From contig JANPNV010000132.1 of the NCBI GenBank assembly GCA_031427625.1, forward strand, positions 12,919 through 76,918: DNA of 64,000 nt, in the 5' to 3' direction. Both the position numbers and the translations under genes were made by a program. The notes under the pieces were generated by a model that saw only the letters and a program-made list of their open reading frames with translations, did not search any database and was not told where the DNA came from. Source of the DNA: Bacteroidota bacterium (GTDB taxonomy: Bacteria > Bacteroidota > Bacteroidia > AKYH767-A > 2013-40CM-41-45). Shown here in pieces: positions 53,432-63,461 of this stretch. How positions within the stretch are numbered: the first letter of the stretch is position 1; every line of letters starts with the position of its first letter.

Positions 53432-53884
53432 TTAGTTTTTAGGTTTATCTGTAGTAGGTTGTTCTATTAGTTTTTCAACATTCCCTTTGATATGTAATAT
53501 CATCGGATTTCGTTTAGCATTTGAAGTTAATGTGACAGTTTTATCTTGCATACCGGATTTACCAGTACTGTTAAACGTTACTTTTATAATTGCAGATTGA
53601 TTTTTCATGATTGGTTCTTTCGGAAATATCGGAACAGTGCAGCCGCAAGACCCTTCAGCTTTTGAAATTATTAGTGGTTCAGTTCCTGTGTTAATAAATT
53701 TAAACTCATATGTAACCGATTCTCCTTGAGTTATCGTACCAAAATCATGTTCTTCGCTTTCAAATTTATATTCAGCAGCATTCGGATTCTCATTTCCGAT
53801 ATTATTAAGCATTTTCTTTTCCTGGCCAAATGAGTTTAAGCCTGAAAGGAGAATTATGGAAAGTAATATTGTCTTAATTTTCAT
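53432..53884 (-). CDS. DUF1573 domain exported protein (copy 2)
   Basis: Signal SFG|Q; HDFGTI, NTGTEPLII, GSCGCTVP. Confidence 0.88.
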   Translation of the reverse strand: MKIKTILLSIILLSGLNSFGQEKKMLNNIGNENPNAAEYKFESEEHDFGTITQGESVTYEFKFINTGTEPLIISKAEGSCGCTVPIFPKEPIMKNQSAIIKVTFNSTGKSGMQDKTVTLTSNAKRNPMILHIKGNVEKLIEQPTTDKPKN

Positions 53885-53889
53885 ATTTT

Positions 53890-54384
53890 TTACTTTGAAT
53901 TTTCGAGAGGAAGACCGGAAGATTTTTTGAGGGGCATGGAAGAGTCACTGTTTTCCTCAGCTTCAACTACGCCTTTTATTGTGAGTATTTTCGTGTCTGT
54001 TTTTCCATTAGAAGTCAGAGTTACTGTTTTTGTAAATGCACCAACTCTCTTTGTATCATAATGTACTTTGATCACTCCAGTCTGACCTTTCATTATTGGT
54101 TCTTTTGGGTAAGTAGGCACAGTACATCCGCAGCTGCCTTTTGCACTTGAAATTATTAAGGGCTCTTTTCCGGTATTCTTGAATTTAAATTCGCATCCGC
54201 CATCTGCACCTTGTTTAATGGTGCCATAATCATGCATTTCAGATTCAAATGTAATTTCCGGAGCATTCGGATTATCAGGCTTGACTGCTTCAGTAGGATT
54301 AACCGGAGTGTCCTGGCACTGACCATTAAACGATAATGCCATCAGAAAGATCACAATTGCGGAGAAATATTTATTGAGTTTCAT
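53890..54384 (-). CDS. DUF1573 domain exported protein (copy 1)
   Basis: Signal peptide; HDYGTI, NTGKEPLII, GSCGCTVP. Confidence 0.88.
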   Translation of the reverse strand: MKLNKYFSAIVIFLMALSFNGQCQDTPVNPTEAVKPDNPNAPEITFESEMHDYGTIKQGADGGCEFKFKNTGKEPLIISSAKGSCGCTVPTYPKEPIMKGQTGVIKVHYDTKRVGAFTKTVTLTSNGKTDTKILTIKGVVEAEENSDSSMPLKKSSGLPLENSK

Positions 54385-54401
54385 AGTTTTTCTTTTGGTT
54401 G

Positions 54402-54472
54402 CAAAAGTAACAATTCAACTTGGATTCAGAACCTGTTCAACTGAAGTGACGTCTTAATTGTTGCCAAAAGTA
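54402..54472 (-). promoter_or_regulatory. Two tandem TACTTTTG -7 elements upstream of the DUF1573 cluster
   Basis: caaaagta on the plus strand at 54402-54409 and 54465-54472. Confidence 0.5.
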
Positions 54473-54559
54473 GCTTAAATCCTATGAAGCCAGAATGAAT
54501 TTGAATTTCATCTAACGCTCAGAATGATAGTGCCGTAGGGGGCTGTTGATGATATTGAA

Positions 54560-56119
54560 TTATTTCGTGCTTAGTACAGCGAATGGAATTACCATTTCTT
54601 CGAGTGATATTCCTCCATGCTGGAGTGTATTTTTGTAATAGGTTACATAATAATTGTAATTATTTGGGTAAGCGAAAAAATTATCCTGTTTTGCAAAGAC
54701 AAAAGCTTGTGAGAGATGTTGTCGTGGCAACATTGCGTCTGCAGGGTTTTTTATTTCAAAGACTTCTCTTTTGTCATAGTTCAAATTTCTTCCTTGTTTG
54801 TAACGCAGGTTTGTATTTACAGTTCTGTCACCCACAATCTTTGTTGGTTCTTTTACCCGTATAGTGCCGTGATCTGTTGTGATGATTAATTTGACTTTCT
54901 TTTCTGCGATCCGTTTGAGTGCTTCAAACAAAGGTGAATGCTCAAACCAGCTAAGGGTGAGTGAACGATAAGCTGCTTCGTCATCGGCCAGCTCCCTGAT
55001 CATTTCCATTTCGGTACGCGCATGCGAAAGCATATCGACGAAATTATAAACTATAACATTGAATTTATTCTGCAACAGGTTGGGAATATTTTCAACCAGG
55101 CTTTTACCATCGTTATGATTCGTGATTTTTACATAAGAGGTTTTAAATTCTTTCCTGAAGCGCTTAATAGTATCATTAAGAAAATCTTCTTCATGTAAAT
55201 TTTTTCCTCCTTCTTCTTCGTCGTTAAGCCAGAGATTAGGAAATCGGGACTCAATTTCAGACGGCATCAGTCCAGCAAATATTGCATTACGCGAATACTG
55301 TGTAGCTGTAGGAAGAATACTTAGATATAATTCATCGTCATGTATCCGGAAATATTCAGAAATAAGTGGCTGAATTATTCTCCACTGATCGTAACGAAGG
55401 TTATCGATAAGAACCATAAATACCGGGTCGGCAGATGCATCTGCAACGGGAAGTATTTTCTTCTTCATTAATTGGTGAGACATTATTGGAGTAGTGGCCG
55501 CATCAGGATTTTTCAGCCAGTTCACATAATTGTTTTCAATAAATTTTGAAAACAATGTGTTTGCCTCACTTTTCTGAGCCGTTAATATTTCATATAAACT
55601 CTCATCAGAAGACTTCTTTAACTCAAGTTCCCAGTATACCAGTTTGCGGTAAACTTCAACCCATTCATTCCATTTAAGTTTATCACTTAATGTCATGCCG
55701 ATATTTCTGAATTCCATCTGATAATCAGAAGCTGTTTTTTCACTGATCAGTCTCTTTTTATCGAGATTTTTTTTCAGCGAAAGGAGTATCTGGTTTGGAT
55801 TTACCGGCTTGATAAGGTAGTCGGCGATCTTGCTGCCGATAGCTTGTTCCATGATGAGTTCTTCTTCACTCTTGGTAATCATCACGACAGGAATTTCCGG
55901 TTTAATATTTTTTAGTCTGGAAAGCGTTTCCATCCCTGAAAGACCTGGCATATTCTCATCCAGAAATACTATGTCGAAATTTATATTCTTTATTTGCTCA
56001 AGCGCATCATCACCGTTATTTACAGTAACAACATCATATCCTTTTTCACGTAAAAAAAGTATATGTGGCAACAATAAATCAATTTCATCATCAGCCCAAA
56101 GTATATTGAGTTTCTCCAT
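54560..56119 (-). CDS. porX: PorX-type response regulator (receiver + PglZ/alkaline-phosphatase-like domain)
   Basis: ILWADDE, FLDENMPG, DNLRYDQW, LPTATQYSRN, TTDHG and QHGGIS motifs; start corrected to 56119. Confidence 0.9.
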   Translation of the reverse strand: MEKLNILWADDEIDLLLPHILFLREKGYDVVTVNNGDDALEQIKNINFDIVFLDENMPGLSGMETLSRLKNIKPEIPVVMITKSEEELIMEQAIGSKIADYLIKPVNPNQILLSLKKNLDKKRLISEKTASDYQMEFRNIGMTLSDKLKWNEWVEVYRKLVYWELELKKSSDESLYEILTAQKSEANTLFSKFIENNYVNWLKNPDAATTPIMSHQLMKKKILPVADASADPVFMVLIDNLRYDQWRIIQPLISEYFRIHDDELYLSILPTATQYSRNAIFAGLMPSEIESRFPNLWLNDEEEGGKNLHEEDFLNDTIKRFRKEFKTSYVKITNHNDGKSLVENIPNLLQNKFNVIVYNFVDMLSHARTEMEMIRELADDEAAYRSLTLSWFEHSPLFEALKRIAEKKVKLIITTDHGTIRVKEPTKIVGDRTVNTNLRYKQGRNLNYDKREVFEIKNPADAMLPRQHLSQAFVFAKQDNFFAYPNNYNYYVTYYKNTLQHGGISLEEMVIPFAVLSTK

Positions 56120-56325
56120 TAGTTCAGTTTCAATGTTTTTTCGTGTGCTTTCAAAGTTAGCAAAGATGTTCTTATTCATATAAATTTATTATTGAGTTTT
56201 GTGATAAATGAGAAATCCCCTTGGTTATGTACATGAAACGGCATTATCAAATTCTTATTGAAAGGAATAAATAATCAGTTAATCGATGTGAATGTTGATA
56301 TTTGCAAACTCATAATCTATTCACA

Positions 56326-57549
56326 GTGAAGTCGGAAAAATTAAAAATCATCAATGACCCGATTTATGGGTTCATTCAAATTCCATATGAGAGTGTATAT
56401 CAGCTCATAGAACATCCCTTCTTTCAACGATTGAGACGTATCCGTCAGCTAGGGTTAACACACCTTGTTTATCCCGGGGCACATCACACCCGCTTTCATC
56501 ATGCAATGGGGGCCATGCATTTAATGACTGAGGCACTTGAGGTGTTGAAGCGAAAGGGCCATATAATTCTCGAAGAAGAAGCTGAAGCTCTAACAATAGC
56601 AATTCTTCTGCATGATATCGGCCATGGTCCGTATTCGCACTCACTTGAACACAGTCTTGTCAGATCTATTTCGCATGAGCAACTTTCGGAGCTTTTTATG
56701 GACAGACTTAACGTTGATTTGAAAGGCCGCCTTTCACTTGCGATAAAAATCTTCCGTAATCAATATCCAAAAAAATTTCTGCATCAGTTGGTATCCGGTC
56801 AACTGGATATGGACAGACTCGACTACCTTAATCGGGATAGTTTCTTTACCGGAGTGTCGGAGGGTGTAATCAGTAGTGAAAGAATTATCAAAATGCTGGA
56901 AATTCACAAAGACGAACTTGTCATAGAAGCAAAAGGAATATATTCAATTGAAAAGTTTATCGTTGCAAGAAGGCTGATGTATTGGCAGGTCTATCTGCAC
57001 AAGACTGTTGTTAGTGCTGAAAACCTATTGATAAATATATTACGGAGAGCAAAGGAATTGATTCGCCTAGGTAATTCCCTTTTTTGTACTCCTGCGTTAA
57101 ACGTATTTTTATCATGTGATTATTCACTTTCAGATTTTAAATCTGATCAATCACTTCTTGATTCTTTTGCCATGCTTGATGATAGCGATATAAGCGCTTC
57201 TGTGAAAGTATGGTCTTCCCATGAAGATCCGATACTCAAAGATCTTTGTCTACGGCTGATAAACCGTCGGTTGTTTAAAATAATTATACAGGATAAGGCC
57301 TTTGATCCTGAATTTCTAAAAAAATCAAAAGCGTCGGTTATTACCAAAATGAATCTGAAAAATGAAGATGTCGACTACTATTTTTTAGAGGGAGTTTTGA
57401 TGAATAATGCATATAATTCTGATAACGATAAGATTAATATTTTATACAAAGATGGTTCAGTTTGCGATATTGCAGATGCTGCTGATACCTTAAATATAAA
57501 GAGTTTAACCGGTCCTGTTCAAAAGCATTTCATTTCTTTTCCGGGGTGA
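56326..57549 (+). CDS. HD-domain phosphohydrolase (SAMHD1/YwfO-like)
   Basis: DPIYG, FQRLRRIRQLG, HTRFHH, HDIGHGP.SH, DMDRLDYL.RD and MYWQVYLH motifs; probable GTG start. Confidence 0.9.
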   Translation: MKSEKLKIINDPIYGFIQIPYESVYQLIEHPFFQRLRRIRQLGLTHLVYPGAHHTRFHHAMGAMHLMTEALEVLKRKGHIILEEEAEALTIAILLHDIGHGPYSHSLEHSLVRSISHEQLSELFMDRLNVDLKGRLSLAIKIFRNQYPKKFLHQLVSGQLDMDRLDYLNRDSFFTGVSEGVISSERIIKMLEIHKDELVIEAKGIYSIEKFIVARRLMYWQVYLHKTVVSAENLLINILRRAKELIRLGNSLFCTPALNVFLSCDYSLSDFKSDQSLLDSFAMLDDSDISASVKVWSSHEDPILKDLCLRLINRRLFKIIIQDKAFDPEFLKKSKASVITKMNLKNEDVDYYFLEGVLMNNAYNSDNDKINILYKDGSVCDIADAADTLNIKSLTGPVQKHFISFPG

Positions 57550-57722
57550 AATAATCATTAGCAAATAACGTTTACCTGATAATCCTAAAGCAGGCTTTCA
57601 TGAGACGAGAGGTTTTTTGAATGTCAGCATGAAAAATGTCAAAAAAATAGCCTAATCGACCTTTTTTGAATTGCCCGCATAGGTAAAAAAGAGTACATTC
57701 GTCATCTTACAAAAGCAATTAT

Positions 57723-58766
57723 ATGGAGTTTACTGCCAAGCAAATAGGAGACCTTTTAAAAGGAGAAGTTGAAGGCGATGTACATGCAAAGGTTAACAAT
57801 CTAAGTAAAATAGAAGAGGGTGTTTCCGGTTCTTTGAGCTTCTTATCTAATCCTAAGTATGCCCCGTTTTTATATACTACCAAGGCTTCTGTTGTTATTG
57901 TCGACAAAACTTTCATCGCTGAGCAGGCCTATTCAGCAACACTTGTTCGTGTAGAAAATGCATATCAGAGTTTTATTCAACTTCTTGAAATTTATAATAA
58001 GATTCAACTTGATAAAAAAGGAATCGAACAACCTTCCTTTATTTCTGAGTCAGCCTCTATAGGCGATAACTGTTATGTTGGTGCTTTTGCCTATATCGGT
58101 TCAAATGTCCGCATCGGAAATAATGTAAAAATATATCCGCAAGTTTATATCGGTGACAATGTTATTATAGGTAATAATACCTCGCTCTTTTCTGGCGTTA
58201 AAGTTTATTCTGATTGCACGATTGGTTCAGATTGTACTTTACATACCGGTACCGTCATTGGTGCAGATGGTTTTGGATTTATGCCTAATAGCGAAAATGA
58301 ATACAAAAAAGTAGCACAAATTGGTAATGTAATAATTGAAGATCATGTTGAGATTGGAGCGAATACAACCATCGATCGCGCAACATTAGGTTCTACTATA
58401 ATCCGAAAGGGAGTTAAACTAGATAACCTAATTCAAATTGCACATAACGTTGAAATTGGTGAAAACACAGTAATTGCTGCTCAAACAGGAGTCGCCGGTT
58501 CAACAAAAATCGGAAGAGATTGTATGATCGGAGGGCAAGTGGGAATTGTCGGGCACATTGTCATTGCCGATAAAGTGAAAATTGCTGCTCAGTCAGGAAT
58601 AGGCTCGAGTTTATTGACACCGGGTGAAATCGTACAAGGTTCACCGTCGTTTAACATTAGTGATTACAAACGCTCATATGTAATATTCAGAAAGCTTCCT
58701 GCATTGGAGAAAAAGATAAAAGAACTGGAGCAGACGATTGCAGATTTAAAGCACATCGCTTCCTGA
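57723..58766 (+). CDS. lpxD: UDP-3-O-(3-hydroxyacyl)glucosamine N-acyltransferase
   Basis: SFLSNPKY, hexapeptide repeats, [16 protein letters not shown]. Confidence 0.95.
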   Translation: MEFTAKQIGDLLKGEVEGDVHAKVNNLSKIEEGVSGSLSFLSNPKYAPFLYTTKASVVIVDKTFIAEQAYSATLVRVENAYQSFIQLLEIYNKIQLDKKGIEQPSFISESASIGDNCYVGAFAYIGSNVRIGNNVKIYPQVYIGDNVIIGNNTSLFSGVKVYSDCTIGSDCTLHTGTVIGADGFGFMPNSENEYKKVAQIGNVIIEDHVEIGANTTIDRATLGSTIIRKGVKLDNLIQIAHNVEIGENTVIAAQTGVAGSTKIGRDCMIGGQVGIVGHIVIADKVKIAAQSGIGSSLLTPGEIVQGSPSFNISDYKRSYVIFRKLPALEKKIKELEQTIADLKHIAS

Positions 58767-58906
58767 TCAATTTTAAAAAAACTTATTGGCTTTTTAGGGA
58801 ATTTTCGAATAACCGGACAGGTTAATTAGCGAATTGTTTTATTTTTTTATTTTTGACGACATTAGAAAACAGATGTCGTTCCGTGCTATCAACTTATTTT
58901 GACAAA

Positions 58907-60382
58907 ATGACTGAAAATCAATTCATTATTGAAGCTGCCTTGAAAGCTGAAAAACCATCAGAAAATTCAACATCAAATAATAGCTCTGTTGTGCGACAGT
59001 GTACTATAAAAGATGCAATAACGATAAGTGGTGTTGGGTTACATACAGGAATTATGACAAACCTGACATTTAGACCCGCGGCTGAAAATCATGGCTATAA
59101 ATTTCAAAGGATTGATTTACCCGGTAGGCCAATCGTAGAAGCCGATGTAGATAATGTTACAGATACAGATAGAGGTACAACCATAAGTAAAGACGGTGCA
59201 AAAATAAGCACTATTGAGCACGTACTTGCGGCTCTTGCCGGAATGGAAATCGATAATGTTCTGATGGAAATTGATGGTCCTGAAGTTCCAATAATGGATG
59301 GAAGTGCCAGACCATTCATCGATGTTTTAGAAAAAACAGGAAAGAAAGAACAACAAGAGGAAAGGCATTATTACTATCTAAGTGAGAACATCACTTATGA
59401 AGATCCGAAAAGAAAGACAGAAATGCTTGCAGTTCCAAGTGAGGATTTCCGGCTTACTGTAATGGTAGACTACAACAGCGATCTTTTAGGCACACAGCAT
59501 GCTACATTATATAATATCGGAGAGTTTAAGTCAGAAATATGTGACTCTCGTACCTTTTGTTTTCTACACGAATTGGAAATGCTTCTTGAACATAATCTTA
59601 TCAAAGGCGGTGATATAAATAATGCAATTGTAGTTGTTGACAGACCGGTAACGGAAGAGAAACTTGATTACCTCGCCAGAGTATTTAATAAACCAAAAGT
59701 TACAGCCGAGCGCGGCTTTTTAAATAATGCAAAGCTTCGTTTTCAGAATGAACCAGCAAGGCATAAACTTTTAGACATTGTCGGAGATCTTGCTTTAGTC
59801 GGAGCTCCGTTGAAAGGACATATTCTTGCGGCGCGTCCAGGGCATGTTGCGAATGTTGAATTCGCAAGAAAGATTAAGGAACTCATGAAGCGTGACCGTT
59901 CGAAATTTAAAGTACCGCAATATGATCCAGCTGCTAAGCCATTGATGGATGTGAATGCAATAATGAAATTGTTACCACATCGTCCACCATTTCTTTTCAT
60001 CGAAAAAATTCTTGAGTTATCAGACAGGCATGTCGTTGGTGTAAAAAATGTGTCAGTAAATGAATCATTTTTTGCCGGACATTTTCCGGGTGCTCCTGTG
60101 TTTCCCGGTGTAATTCAGATTGAGGCAATGGCTCAGACAGGAGGTATTCTTGTACTTAGCACTGTTCCTGACCCGGAAAACTACCTGACCTACTTTATGA
60201 AAATTGATAATACCAAGTTCAGGGATATGGTTTTCCCTGGAGATACGATGATATTTCATCTTGAATTAATATCGCCAATTCGCAGAGGTATATGCCATAT
60301 GCGAGGTAAGGCCTTCGTAGGAAACAAGATTGTTATGGAGTCTGAAATGATGGCACAGATTGTTAGAAGAGTGAAGAAATAA
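58907..60382 (+). CDS. lpxC: Bifunctional LpxC deacetylase / FabZ dehydratase
   Basis: GVGLHTG, TIEH, RTF and HKLLD (LpxC); LPHRPPF, GHFPGAPVFPGVIQIEAMAQ (FabZ). Confidence 0.95.
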   Translation: MTENQFIIEAALKAEKPSENSTSNNSSVVRQCTIKDAITISGVGLHTGIMTNLTFRPAAENHGYKFQRIDLPGRPIVEADVDNVTDTDRGTTISKDGAKISTIEHVLAALAGMEIDNVLMEIDGPEVPIMDGSARPFIDVLEKTGKKEQQEERHYYYLSENITYEDPKRKTEMLAVPSEDFRLTVMVDYNSDLLGTQHATLYNIGEFKSEICDSRTFCFLHELEMLLEHNLIKGGDINNAIVVVDRPVTEEKLDYLARVFNKPKVTAERGFLNNAKLRFQNEPARHKLLDIVGDLALVGAPLKGHILAARPGHVANVEFARKIKELMKRDRSKFKVPQYDPAAKPLMDVNAIMKLLPHRPPFLFIEKILELSDRHVVGVKNVSVNESFFAGHFPGAPVFPGVIQIEAMAQTGGILVLSTVPDPENYLTYFMKIDNTKFRDMVFPGDTMIFHLELISPIRRGICHMRGKAFVGNKIVMESEMMAQIVRRVKK

Positions 60383-60398
60383 TATTTCAATTTAATCA

Positions 60399-61187
60399 AT
60401 GAATCATAATTTAATCAGTATACATCCGGGGGCTCATATTGGGAAAAATGTTTCCATTGATCCCTTTACTATGATTCATGACGATGTTGTCATCGGTGAT
60501 GATACATGGATTGGTAGCAACGTGACAATTTTTCCTGGTGCAAGAATTGGAAAAAATTGTAAAATTTTTCCAGGAGCTGTTTTATCTGCTGTTCCACAAG
60601 ATTTGAAGTTTGAAGGCGAGAAAACGATTCTTGAAGTAGGTGAGAACACCATCATTCGTGAATTTGTAACACTTAACCGCGGCACGAAAGCATTAGGCAA
60701 AACAGTAATCGGAAAAAATAATCTTCTGATGGCATATGTGCATGTTGCTCATGATTGCGTCGTTGGAGATAATTGTATTCTTGCAAATGGCGTTACGCTT
60801 GCCGGTCATATTACGATTGAAGATTTCGCAATAATCGGTGGACTTTCTGCCATACATCAGTTTGTCAGAATTGGTTCTCATGTTATGATTTCCGGCGGGT
60901 CTTTAGTACGCAAAGATGTTCCGCCTTTTGTAAAAGCAGCCCATGAACCGCTTTCTTATGTAGGAATTAATTCTGTAGGACTTCGTCGTCGTGGATTTAC
61001 ATCGTCACAGATTGCCGAAATACAGGAAATATACAGAATCATTTTTATTAAAGGACATAGCAATTCACATGCATTGGAAATTGTGGAAAAAGAAATTAAG
61101 CCTTCAGAAGAAAAAAACCAGATAACTTCTTTTATGAAAAAGTCGACACGTGGTTTGATGAAGGGATATAGGGATGAAGAAGAATAA
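60399..61187 (+). CDS. lpxA: Acyl-ACP--UDP-GlcNAc O-acyltransferase
   Basis: PQDLKF, IREFVT, HVAHDC, HQF and GINSVGLRRRGF motifs. Confidence 0.95.
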   Translation: MNHNLISIHPGAHIGKNVSIDPFTMIHDDVVIGDDTWIGSNVTIFPGARIGKNCKIFPGAVLSAVPQDLKFEGEKTILEVGENTIIREFVTLNRGTKALGKTVIGKNNLLMAYVHVAHDCVVGDNCILANGVTLAGHITIEDFAIIGGLSAIHQFVRIGSHVMISGGSLVRKDVPPFVKAAHEPLSYVGINSVGLRRRGFTSSQIAEIQEIYRIIFIKGHSNSHALEIVEKEIKPSEEKNQITSFMKKSTRGLMKGYRDEEE

Positions 61188-61193
61188 TTTATT

Positions 61194-61817
61194 GTGGAAA
61201 TTTCTTTAAACTCAGCCGGAAAGAAATATTACAAGGAGTGGATCTTCCGGAATGCAAGTACAACCTTTTCGACCGGAAACCATACCGTTATTCTTGGACC
61301 AAATGGCTCGGGAAAATCTACTTTACTTCAGGTTATTTCCGGAGCTATATTGCCAACTGAAGGGTCGTTGTCCTATCTAGAAAATAAAAATGCAATTGCC
61401 GATGAACATATGTTCCGATCCATTTCGATCGCAGCTCCATATCTTGAACTCATCGAAGAATTTACTCTCCGGGAAATTCTAAACTTTCACTTTAAATTTA
61501 AAGGAGTATATAATAAGTTGGAAGTTAAGGATGTCCTTATCGCATCCGGACTATCTGAACATTCAGAAAAAATATTCAGATATTTTTCATCAGGGATGAA
61601 GCAGCGAGTTAAACTGGTTTTAGCTTTAATGAGCGATACACCTGTTGTGCTTCTTGATGAACCTTGTTCAAATCTCGATAATTCAGGTGTAGCATGGTAT
61701 AAAGGAATGATAGCTGAATTTGCAACCGGTCGACTGATTATTGTGGCCTCTAATCAGACAAAGGAAGAGTATTTCTTTTGCGAACGCATATTAAATATGG
61801 CCGATCTGAAAATATGA
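61194..61817 (+). CDS. ABC transporter ATP-binding protein (no adjacent permease)
   Basis: GPNGSGKST, FSSGMKQR and LLDEP motifs; GTG start. Confidence 0.88.
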   Translation: MEISLNSAGKKYYKEWIFRNASTTFSTGNHTVILGPNGSGKSTLLQVISGAILPTEGSLSYLENKNAIADEHMFRSISIAAPYLELIEEFTLREILNFHFKFKGVYNKLEVKDVLIASGLSEHSEKIFRYFSSGMKQRVKLVLALMSDTPVVLLDEPCSNLDNSGVAWYKGMIAEFATGRLIIVASNQTKEEYFFCERILNMADLKI

Positions 61818-62242
61818 TTTATTCCTTTGAAAGAAAGATTTCGGGAACGGAGGAACTCATGAGTCTGTCCGTTGAATTGATAAAATATGCCGGTGATATA
61901 AAGGTTTGGGCTTTTTTTGGTGAGATGGGCGCAGGAAAAACAACTTTTATTCGTGCAATTTGCGAAACTCTAGGAGTGAAGCACATCGTCAGTAGCCCAA
62001 CGTTTTCCATTATTAATGAGTATGAAGACAGAAATGGGGATAATATTTTTCATTTTGATTTTTTCAGGATTGAAAAGGAAAAGGAAGCAGTTGAAATTGG
62101 TTGTGAAGAATATTTTGAAAGTGGCTCTCTTTGTTTGATAGAATGGCCGGAAAAAATTCTAAATTTAGTGCCTCATCCATTTATTAGGATTACTATTAAT
62201 ATAGAAGAAAAAGAACGTAGGTTTATTTTTGCCCATGATTGA
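61814..62242 (+). CDS. tsaE: tRNA t6A biosynthesis ATPase TsaE
   Basis: GEMGAGKTT, SSPTFS, HFDF.R and IEWPE motifs; ATGA overlap with the upstream stop. Confidence 0.93.
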   Translation: MIYSFERKISGTEELMSLSVELIKYAGDIKVWAFFGEMGAGKTTFIRAICETLGVKHIVSSPTFSIINEYEDRNGDNIFHFDFFRIEKEKEAVEIGCEEYFESGSLCLIEWPEKILNLVPHPFIRITINIEEKERRFIFAHD

Positions 62243-63455
62243 AGAAAAATCAGGTGTTTCATCGCTAGCTGCTACTGCTGCTATGCCTTTGGAGGCCATG
62301 CTTGAGATAAAGAAAAAGTACAAGCAACTATTTATTGGAATTCCGAAAGAGACATCATTTCAGGAAAACAGGATACCACTCAATCCTGATTCGGTGACAT
62401 TGCTGGTCAATAATGGCCATGAGGTTTTTATCGAAGCGGGTGCAGGAGCGGCTTCTAAGATTGAAGATTCGGATTTCAGCGAAGCGGGTGCTCAAATTGT
62501 TTACTCACCTGAGGAAGTATACAGAGCTGACATTATTCTGAAAGTCGCACCACCATCAGCGGATGAATTGCAGATGATAAAGCCCCGACAATTCCTGATA
62601 TCAATTCTTCAAATGAGCATGCAAAATGCGGATTATATTCGGGCACTTTCCGCAAAAAAAGTTACAGCAATTGGTTATGAGTTCATTCATGATGATTCAG
62701 GTGTATATCCTATTATTCAGGCTATGAGTGAAATTGTCGGTAGCGCTAGCATTATGATAGCAGCAGAATACCTCAGCAATGCTTTTAATGGAAAAGGCGA
62801 ACTCCTTGGTGGTGTTGCAGGTATTCCGCCCACACAAGTTGTTATTATCGGCGCCGGTACTGTCGGAGAATATGCAGCTCGAACGGCTATAGGCCTGGGA
62901 GCTTCCGTAAAAGTATTTGATAATTCAGTTTATAAACTTAGACGATTACAAAACAGACTTGGTCATAGGATTTATACTTCTATTATTGTTCCGAATACGC
63001 TGTTGAAGGAATTAAAAAATGCTGATGTCGCAATTGGTGCACTTCGTAGTAATGAAGGACGCACACCTATCGTTGTTTCTGATGAAATGGTCAGCGAGAT
63101 GAGGGTAGGGTCTGTAATTGTCGATGTAAGTATTGATCAGGGGGGATGTTTTGAGACTTCTGAAATTACGAATCACCTTCAACCCGTTTTTAAGAAATAT
63201 GGTGTGGTTCATTACTGTGTACCCAACATTGCATCAAGAGTTAGCAGAACAGCATCAGCCGCATTAAGCAATATTTTTAGTCAGATATTTTTATCTGCAG
63301 CAGAAGAAGGTGGGTTGGATGAAATAATCTGGAAAAACAGCAGTGTCAGAAGCGGCGTTTACATGTATAACGGCTCAATTACTAACCGTTATGTTGCTGA
63401 TGTTTGCAAACTTCCTTATAAAGACCTTGATCTAATTAAAGCTGCGAGAATCTAA
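62235..63455 (+). CDS. Alanine dehydrogenase/PNT-family protein (catalytic residues diverged)
   Basis: GIPKE, ENR, MSEI.G, GAGTVG, DVSIDQGGCFETS and YCVPN motifs. Confidence 0.8.
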   Translation: MIEEKSGVSSLAATAAMPLEAMLEIKKKYKQLFIGIPKETSFQENRIPLNPDSVTLLVNNGHEVFIEAGAGAASKIEDSDFSEAGAQIVYSPEEVYRADIILKVAPPSADELQMIKPRQFLISILQMSMQNADYIRALSAKKVTAIGYEFIHDDSGVYPIIQAMSEIVGSASIMIAAEYLSNAFNGKGELLGGVAGIPPTQVVIIGAGTVGEYAARTAIGLGASVKVFDNSVYKLRRLQNRLGHRIYTSIIVPNTLLKELKNADVAIGALRSNEGRTPIVVSDEMVSEMRVGSVIVDVSIDQGGCFETSEITNHLQPVFKKYGVVHYCVPNIASRVSRTASAALSNIFSQIFLSAAEEGGLDEIIWKNSSVRSGVYMYNGSITNRYVADVCKLPYKDLDLIKAARI

Positions 63456-63461
63456 TAAATA

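Noticed and set aside
54560-56119. PglZ domain suggesting a BREX anti-phage system
   Set aside because: It is fused to a receiver domain as in PorX, and no pglX, brxC or brxL genes are present.
57540-57562. Fur-box-like ATAATCATTAGC after the HD gene
   Set aside because: Only about half of the 19-bp box matches, it overlaps the HD stop codon and the context is AT-rich.
58907-60382. LpxC-FabZ fusion
   Set aside because: Standard in Bacteroidota, not novel.
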